In this document: positions 54,753 through 64,000 of the stretch, one piece after another | Layout of the letters: each line of letters begins with the position of its first letter | Position numbering within the stretch: position 1 is the first letter of the stretch | Source: Tubiluchus corallicola | Lineage: Eukaryota > Animalia > Priapulida | Assembly: GCA_030141605.1 (NCBI GenBank) | Contig: JAQGDQ010000051.1 | Location: forward strand, 62,001-126,000 | Length of the DNA: 64,000 bases | Direction of reading: 5' to 3' | Notes under the pieces: model-generated | The model's database searches: none | What the model saw: the letters and a program-made list of their open reading frames with translations, nothing else | What the model was told of the DNA's origin: nothing | Program-made: the position numbers and the translations under genes

Positions 54753-56805
54753 GTATTTTTATATTACCTATTTAATTGATTGTGATTGTTAATTCGTGTA
54801 ATTCCAAAAATTTTAAAACGTATTGATCTTCTTAAGCAAATAAGTTTATCACCATTTTTTATAATAGCGAAATACATAACTAAGTGATTTACAATTTTGT
54901 ACAACTTAATTACAAAGTGCAAAAGTGATAATTGAATATTGATTAGAATGGTGAAAGGTGGCAAAAAAAGAGTTATCGAGGTCAGCCACCCTCTCAGAAT
55001 TGTTACTGATATTATTGATTAATACGCATAATACCAATAATTAGATTTCGCATTTAAGATGATTTTTGATTGAACTATGAGTATGATGCAAAAGTTTAGT
55101 TTCTAATAAAATAATGCTCAATCACGAGAAAAAAAGAAGAGTAAACGTGACTATCTTTAAATATTAAGTTAAACTTGGATTATTTTTTGTATTTATAGGG
55201 CAATTCCACCAGTATATCGACCCGTACACCAAAATTTTGAAATTATTGTACAAGGTTGTTTGTGTAATAATTACACCTGTAGATAATGTCACCTAGTTTT
55301 GAAGAAAAATACTTTTGACACAAAATAAACACTTTTTGATTGAAACATGGCCTTGAATATAGCAGCTCAATCCACACGTGAGGCATGCAAATTTGATGCT
55401 GATTTTGCTTTTTCATATTTTCCTGCAAAAAACAGCCTGAAGTCTTTCTCCATATTAGTTCTTTATGTCCCCTACATAAACTTTTTAGTGCGATGTAAAT
55501 TGTTGCCTTGGATGTTTTCTCTTCTGTATGATACTTGGGGAAAGCTGGCCATGTCGTTGTGGTATGTCCGACACCAAAATTAGCATTTATTGTTCTCACA
55601 ACAATGCGATTTGGTCCCAATGCCTACAATTTCAAATACATTGCATACTTTATGTCTGCAACAAATACACATCGATACATGATGTTAGATGACAATGGTG
55701 TAGTAGAAATGTTACTGATTGTAATGTACGTCGATGACACTGGGTACATCCTACACCAAACTGGTACACATTGGCCCACGGACAACCCTAGTATTGCTTT
55801 ACTTATGGATGTAAGTTACATTATGTGACCCTCAACCTTGAAGGAAAAGCAAAACATTCTGTGAAGTAGGCTTATTTCAATATTCGTAAACAATGTTAGA
55901 AGGCTAACCTAATCTTCTTGCAAACATATCACAAAATTTGAAATCTTATATTTTATGAAAATTTATTACAGCTTTAATGCAAATGGACAACTGTTGTGCT
56001 GTTTTTTCTTCAGTCAATAAAAGATGTCATTGGTGGAGGAATGGTTGTTCAAAATAGGAGCACCCAAATGTGAAATGATCGCATGTGATTTTACTAACTA
56101 TATGTGGTGCTTATGACACTTATATTACTAAATCCTTCTCACATTTTTTGCAAATATTTAAATTTAAGTCCCACACTGCAACTATGCTTTACCCATAATA
56201 GGACTGTCTGTGGGCAAATGTGTGCTAGAAGGCTTGGCCTTTCCTTTAAAGTCAGGTATTCCATAATGCAACTATGCTTCACCCATAATACCACACACCA
56301 ACCAAAAATCTAAGTGAACAACTACCTTCAACTTAATCAAGCTCAGCATCCTAATCATTATTTACATAAGTAGATACAGTACACACATACATCAAAAAGT
56401 TAAAAAATTTTGAATCTTATTCAAGCACGTCTTAAAAATATATGTTTTCTGCATACATCCGGCACCATGATGTTTTACAAAATTATTCCACAAATTACAA
56501 TCACAAAGAGAGCAATATAGCTTGTACTTATAAAGGAGACTGCCTTTTGTATGTTAAACCTACAATTACTTAATAATCATTATGTGTAAAAGCGCAGCAA
56601 AGAATCAACATCCGAAATGTACATGTATTCGGAAATAAATGATGTTAATAATTCACACTCATTAACTAAAGTGTACATTTTATATCATTGATTTTATATT
56701 TATTTTGCTTTAGCTACAAGTGTACATACATGCTTACTAACTCCGAGGCTTTTTTCTATTCATTGTATTCATACAGATTTGTGTCTAGAGGACTGATTTC
56801 ATAAT

Positions 56806-59800
56806 ATGGCTGAGTATGAATCAGTAAGACGAGGAAAACTAAATCTTCTAGGTGAAAAAGAAAAAAGGCAAGTTTGTTTATTTCTTTGCCTTATTCTACT
56901 TAAATAACTAAATTAGCTTTTAAAAAAAATTTAAATTAAATAATTTCTTTCAGGTGTATTGTTAAAATTTATTTTTGTGGCTTTTATCTAACGAGATGTA
57001 CTGTTGATTAAGCAGCTTCACACAAATAAAGTTGTGTATTCTTACGAGCAAGCTTAACATTCAGCTTTAGAAATATGAGTAAAAATTACTTGTGATTATT
57101 GAAACTGTCTCACTAGACAGTTAATACACACATTTTGCAAGAACTGTAGGTAATATTGTGTGTTTCTGTGTTACTTTATTTCATGCTAATGCACTTAATC
57201 TTACTTACTAATTACAAATATTTAATTTGTAATGTTTGTACAAACAGCAGTAGTGGATATGTGGGAAGGGTGCTAAACTACGTCAATAGAAAATGAATGT
57301 ATAATAAATTTGCATCCAATAATTGTATTTGATGAAATTAATACAGTTGTGCAAAGCTTGTAAAATTGGATGTAAATAGTGCAGCTTTTTCAATATAATT
57401 TACTAGATTGTCAAGTGATGCATGAATAAAAGGTGCTGATATGAGACATACGGTTCAGTTGATCACACTTTTTTGTAGTTAAGTTACTTTGCAGCTGAAT
57501 TCTATACATTAGGTTATAATAATTTTAATGACATGTGTGCTTTGACAAGGCATTTTGTTTTTCTGAACACAGCATCCTGGCCCGGATATGATGTCTCACC
57601 CATTTCTAATAATTTAGTGGTTTCTGTTTTCAGCTTAGTCGATTAGTCAATGAAGAGAGTATAAGAATTCTTTTCAGTTAAGCTGTACTCACCAGTATCT
57701 TACATGTTTTTTGAGAAGTTAATAGAGCAGATGCTAGTTTCATAAAGCTATCACTTAATTATCGATGTCATAACTACATTCACTTAACTATTGATAACAA
57801 TGTCATTAAGTTTGTGATGGCTTTGTGAAACTGGCCAATAAACGCGTCTTCAAAAGTAAAATAACATCTCTTAATTTACCTGTCGTAGGCCTATAAGTCT
57901 GATTTTTTGACATTGTTGATGGATGTTAATTATCTTAATAACTGAGATCATAATCTTAAACAAATAAAAATATTTCTGAAGTTTCTTCTGAAGACCTTAA
58001 AATTGCCTAAAATTCCATAACAGTGATTGGTGTCAGGGTTCTGCAGTTGCATTTAGTTGTTATATACTGACATCCAGTTTAACTCTTAATTGCATGTGCT
58101 ACTGGTGCATAGTAAACTAATATGCAGTTTTCCTAATATGACAGGAAAAAACGCAAAAAGCACCGTAAAAGACTAGCAGAGGAAAATGACAATGAACAGG
58201 AGGCTGAGATTGCCAAATATGGTGAGTATGTACCTCAGTATTATTTTGAAGATGATACTGATAAACCACTAGTAATAGATTGTCTTGAATTATTGGAGTG
58301 ACTGCTGTGTTACAATTAATATTTGACTTAAACACTAATGTTCTGACGGAGACAATAGTTAAATAATAACTATAGGATAAGGAATATGTACATGTACAGT
58401 TTAAGGATTATAATACTGTAAAATACTATGATAGTAAATTGGTTGTTAAGCAGCATTGACAGTGTATTTTCATGCTTGCAGGTGGGTGGTGGATTACAAC
58501 CGAATTGGAACAAATAACTGGCCAGGTAGCAATTGAGATAGGCTCGCGATCATATTTAACAGCCTTGGATAATGGTTTGTTTACCGTCGGACCTCCACAT
58601 ACAGAAGGTTTGTTGGCAGAACATCATGGTCATCACATTTATAGTGCCATTGTTATCATTACATTCATTTATTTTAGTGTTTGGTCGGTGTTTAGCTACT
58701 GCTTTACTTATTTCGTGATGTATGATTGAAATTCATATTTTACATTTTTAAGTAATTGTAATTTATCTGATATGGTCTGTGGGCTACACATTTATATTTT
58801 TGCTGTTTTGAAACTGTAGGTGAGGCTCCTAACCCTGAGGAGATTTTAACTGCTATGCAACTTGGTGATGGTAAGATTGCACTGAAATCTGGATATGGCA
58901 AATTTTTGTCTGTGGACAAGAAGAATGTGGTTTCAGGTAGAGCTGATGCTATTGGACCAAGAGAGCAATGGGAGCCAGTTTTCCAAGAGGTGGTGCTATT
59001 TCATTAACTTGTTTCGTTGAAAGTAGAAAGCATGTGATTATTCACTGTTTGTGGTAAACAAAATTCAGTATCAAAGACTTCTTGATTTATATCTAGGTGC
59101 TGTAATTAACATAACGCTTATGTCTTTATGCCAAAGCCCTCTGACTCTATGTTGCTTGTTTTATCTTATTTGGGCTTGATTGACATCCAGGAACTCTTTA
59201 CTGATTGAGGAATGATTTTCTGAAATTTATCAGAAAAGATTTTGGCTTTCATTGTACAGTATCCTAAACAAAGAATGAGAAACAACCAAATTATCTTTAG
59301 ATGATAATATTTTGTGAAAGAAGGTCAGAATTTACCTGATGAGATTACTTCAAGTAACAGTATGTCGTAGCAGCTGCCACTATACCGAAAGAAACTCTGG
59401 CAAATCTCAGTACATTGTATTTTACATAAGGGAGGAACTTAACTTATTATCTGTCACCCATGAGAATCTCTTAACCTCTTCTGTTAATTCAGCAAAAATG
59501 TGTACAAATAATGGTAAATTATCACTCCTTCAAGAATCGCACCATTCAAAATAGGTCTTATTACTTTTTTACTATGTATGAGCACAGACATAACTAAATG
59601 ATTCCAAATTAGGTACTATTCTAGTCAGGAGAATATTGGCTACCCAATCATGCTATTTGTTTAAAGATTTAAAAGTGATTTAATTGGATTAAGAAAAACA
59701 CGCCCTTTTCAGGAACTCCAACATAGCCTATGAAGTAACGTAGTCTGGTGTACACTTGTGTGATAGTACACACTAATTTATTGATCACCTGCTTGCTGCT

Positions 59801-62800
59801 GCCCAAGCTGTGTAGTGTTCTGCTGCTATTCCAGGAAAAACCAACGGAGCGGCCAAGGACAAATTAAGGTCGTTTCATGTTCCATACAATAGGAATTTCT
59901 CGTTAAAAATAGAGTAGACTTGAGGTTACAGTGTAGCAAAGTGTTGTATCTGGATAGCTGAAATTTTCTGCTTTAGCCAATTTTACACAAGTGATACTTT
60001 ACATTGTTTCAGGCAAATACTGCAGTTACTGAAAGCTTATTTCAATTTTTTTGTCAAAAATTGACTTTTAATTTTTCTAAGGTAGGCAACTGCATTTCAT
60101 ATATAAGTTTATACGAAAATCCATTATTTGAGGAGTAGAAACCTACAAAAATTATAAATTATAACGTAATCGCTGTTTAGTGAGAGCAGTTTTTCTTGAA
60201 CCCATGTAAAATGTAGCAAATGCTTATGGTCCTGAAGGAGCTAAATGTCCTTATTACTTTGTATCATACCTTAATTATGTCGAAAATAAATTATAATTTA
60301 TTAAATTGGGGACAAAGTTATACCTAGGATGATGATCGGTTTACTAAATTACAGAAAAAAGCTATATGCATAGAGTCTGGTGCAAAGTACCTAGCACATA
60401 CCGAACCCATTTTTAAAAAGCTTGTTTACTTAAACTGCTACATGTTGTGCTATGAGACAATTAAAACTTTATTTTGATTTATGTAATTAATTACTCCCTA
60501 CTTACTTTTACTCTATACCTATTACTTGACGTACAGATTTTCACTGGTATATTTCTCACTATAAATATGTCCACATGTTCAGGAACATGGTTTTGCTGAA
60601 AGAACATTTAAGTGCATTATTTATGCACTAGTGTCCAATACTACACAGTTAAGTATCAGTAAGGTTTTTACTAATTTTTACCGAGGATTAAAAAGTATAG
60701 TAAAAATATCTTTTTGGACACATATTCGTTTTGTTGTAATATTATTGATTGTTATGTGTGTGAACTATACTCTTGAAATATTATGACAGTAATTGTAATC
60801 ATTTTTAGCTCAGTAATCAGTTTCTGTAATAGACATAACTGCTAAATTGACATGTTTTTTCTTTGTGTAATAACACATGTAAAATAGTGCCATGGTCTCA
60901 CATTTCATTATTATCTATACTTGTTATGTAACTCTGCAAAGGGTCACTTTACTTTGGGTGGCCTGTACATTATTCTGTGGTCTTTTCAACTTGAACAGGT
61001 CTCCCTGGACACATGTTAATTTGTTATGGCTGAAATAAATAAATAAACATCAAATATCATTACTCACTTCATGAAACATGAATAGCTTCAAGATTTTAAA
61101 GCAACAATTTCTGCCTAAAACACTTTAAATAAAAGCCGATATTAATGAGAGAAGATAATATAATAATCTTGTAATTATCTGCTAAAGATTGGTCATAGTT
61201 TCACTTAATTAAGCAATATTTCGAAGGAAGTATTTCTGTCCAGGAACTACGGCGTGAAAAGAATAGAGCCGAAGAAAGCTATTTTGCCGAATTTACAACA
61301 AAAGTGCAAATTGTTTTCGGGTATAATGCAGAAAATGCAGAAAAATTGCAAATTATTTTATTTTGTATCTTACAGTGGAGAGAGTTTTTTCATACATTAC
61401 ATTGCATTGGAAGAAGAGTGTAGTTTAAAGGGCTACATTCTTTAACATAACCGATTCTGTACTTATTTCAAAATGGTCGTCAGTGTTCTCAATTATAGTG
61501 AAAAAACTAACACTGGCTTTTAATTTGTTACTTGAAAGTGGACAAAAACAATTTTGTTTTCAGGGAAAGACAGCTCTCATGGGATGCAGCAGTTGTTTTG
61601 TTAGCTGTGATGAACAAGGTGATATTACTGCCAAGAGTCCTACAGCTAGTGATAGAGAATTTTTACAGGTAAAGTGTCTATGGAAATCACTGCAAAAAGT
61701 CCTTTTTACATTAGAAATTAACAACAGGTTGCATTAGTTGGTAAAAAATCTACAGTACTTTTTCTAGTTTTGTTTCTAGATGTAGGGGTGTCATTAGAAT
61801 AGCTGAGTGGTTATGACTTGTGCTTTGGATAAGACGCTAAGTATTACAACTCTAGAGATATCTGTTTCTGAATGGTTTCATTTTTTATACTGCTACTTGT
61901 TGCTCATACACATACAAATATGCCTAAGACACCTCTCAGAGATTTTTGCTTGTTAAGATGTTATGTTTTGGTCCAGCATATTCGCCTACATTAATAGGGG
62001 TCGTTCCACTGAAAGCTGGATTCCATTATGCAGAAGCTCAAAGTCTGTAAAGAAACACACATTTACACTGTATTGTTCCAAACTACTCGTTGCCATGGAC
62101 TTGGATTGTCGCCAAAGATATGGGGATCCAAGGGCAAATGGAGCAAGGCGATGTGTTATGAAAACACAGAAAGATGCAAGCCAAAAATCTGAATCACAGT
62201 ATTAACAAAGCTTTACATTTTCATCTAGTGTTGAAACTTAACAGGGGAAATAATTTTGTATGTGTCTTGTTCTGTGTAACTAGCAAGGCATTTGCCATAA
62301 TCCGATTTTTGGTGAGAGGCACGGAACTACTATATTTTAATATAATAGATACTATAGTTTAATAGTTAATATAATTTTACTTTATGAAATAACAGATTGT
62401 CAGTTGCATGGATTGTATAGTATGACTGTCTGGTATTTCTTATGTGCAATGTAGCAATACGGCAGTCGTACGTAAGTGTTGTGTGTTAGAGATGCTTTTT
62501 AATGTTTATAGTACATCATTGTTATGAATTCTTATGGTATAAATGAATTTTGTATAGAAAAAAACTTAATTACGTTAATTTTAACATTGCCTTTGGCAAA
62601 TGTTGACACAAGCAACAATGCCTTTAGCAAATGAAATTAGTGGTCAAATTCATTTCACCATAAGGTGCTTTATGACCCACTCAAAACGGATTGCAAGGAG
62701 CTTACTACAGATTATGGCTGATGGCTTATGATAGGCAAGCCGCAGTTTTCGGAATGCGACAAATTGAATATCTGCGTGACATGGACCATTGATTAGCATG

Positions 62801-63701
62801 TGTTCATTTTTCATGAAGGGGCCTTTTTCTCCTCACGGCTGACGCCTTACAGATTATGTCCAGCTCTGTGTGATATGGTTCTAATGAAGATCTAGAAATT
62901 TGTGCACCCATTCCAAGTAAAAAGTTGCGGACTAACTTGCATATGAAAACAAGCATGAAGTCTTTTTACTCATTTGAATGCTACTATTTTACTCGAGTGT
63001 CTGAAAAGATGTAAGTAGATCTTGACAATACTTGGAACACCCTTGAATTTCCAGTGTGGTGTTCAAGGTATATCAAGATATCAACTTCCAATCCACTTTC
63101 CGTCTGGGAGGTCGTGAGTCGATACTACGGCTGGGTCACACCAGAGACTTTAAGTATGATACCTGCTATTGCCGTGCCTAGCGCACAGTATTTAGGGGCA
63201 AAATTGGGGTAATAATAATCTCTGTTATGTAGTTGTAATTTGTTATTTACAGTTGATGATATAAGCCGCATGTCAGGCTTGTGTTGTCTGTTGAATTTAA
63301 AGCTGATGTTAAATTAAAGTTATTATTTTTATTACTTGTAGTGATTTGAAGTCACTTACTTTCTCTTTGCCATTTTGTTTATTTATTTATTTATTTTTGA
63401 ATGCAGATGTCATTTTGTCAGAGTGGAGCTAATTCTCTTGAATTTTTTTAAACTGCCAGAAGACACTAAAATTCATCATGATGCCTCTATTAGCATTGAT
63501 AAATATACATTAGTGTTGTTTATAATAAAAATGAAAGCATCATGCTGCATGTATGCAATAAACAGGAATAGGAGATTAATTGCTTTTATTTTATTTATGT
63601 ATTTGGTAGATTAGATCATCTGCTGAGAGAATAAAAAAGAAAAAAAGTGATGTGCCCGATGTTGACAAAGGAAATTTGAAAAAAGCTGAATTGAGTTATG
63701 T
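56806..63701 (+). CDS. FRG1: Protein FRG1 homolog (3' end lies beyond the window)
   Basis: Exons 56806-56867 (GC donor), 58145-58221, 58482-58607, 58820-58989, 61564-61668, 63610-63701; motifs MAEY, ALDNGLFTVGPPH, IALKSGYGKFL, DAIGPREQWEPVFQEGK, IRSSAER, DKGNLKKAELSYV. Confidence 0.96.
60880..61049 (+). mobile_element. Probable LINE/SINE 3' end with (AAAT)n tail
   Basis: Ends in ggctgaaataaataaataaac, typical of L2/CR1-group tails; 5' boundary uncertain. Confidence 0.35.
63052..63325 (+). mobile_element. tRNA-headed SINE with a Meta/MESC-like central domain
   Basis: Degenerate head (gggaggtcgtgagtcgatac) followed by ggctgggtcacaccagagactttaagtatgatacctgctattgccgtgcctagcgcacagtatttaggg, resembling the Meta-domain consensus as recalled from memory. 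Confidence 0.65.
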
Positions 63702-64000
63702 GTAAGTATTTCAGAAAACTGAATAAGATTTGTCTCTGAAAAATCTAGCTATGTTTCAATTTATGTTACACATTCTTCAAACATTTTATTGATCCCATTA
63801 AAATATCTTGTAAAACTAACAGTAACTTGTGAAGCATTTCAGAAACCAGAATTGTATTTATGATTAAAATATGTTCTAATGGGATAAGTTCAAGATAGTT
63901 GTTCTCTTTCATAATTATGTTAATTATATGCAGTATCTTTTGTTTTTGAAAAGAGAAATGAAAGCTGCTGTTTGGCAGATAATAGTGTATAATGTAAATT

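Noticed and set aside
55196-55830. Overlapping ORFs and a possible TIR start (agggcaattcca)
   Set aside because: No partner TIR or recognisable protein motif found by eye.

Overview
AT-rich, intron-rich eukaryotic (invertebrate animal-type) genomic DNA; no prokaryotic features. Four spliced genes were reconstructed by hand from splice phases: UQCRB (+, 7549-11517, 4 exons, 112 aa), an F-box/LRR protein with a long disordered N-terminus (-, 14112-23279, 8 coding exons, about 926 aa), RUNDC1 (+, 31589-48564, 16 coding exons, about 570 aa) and FRG1 (+, from 56806, runs off the window, first coding intron GC-AG). The rest is dense with mobile-element debris: a nested LINE/MITE cluster at 0.3-7 kb, hAT, Tc1/mariner and pogo-type non-autonomous elements, a solo LTR (possibly two nested), SINEs and microsatellites. 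The most unusual observations are a repeat family built as a long fold-back palindrome with outward-facing tRNA-like units (three copies), a 208-bp tandem duplication that copies a UQCRB splice donor and creates a potential stop-initiated exon, and a Penelope-like end with a degenerate hammerhead motif next to a 106-bp palindrome. All homology calls come from recognising motifs by eye, not from database searches. Most short ORFs in the track are spurious.
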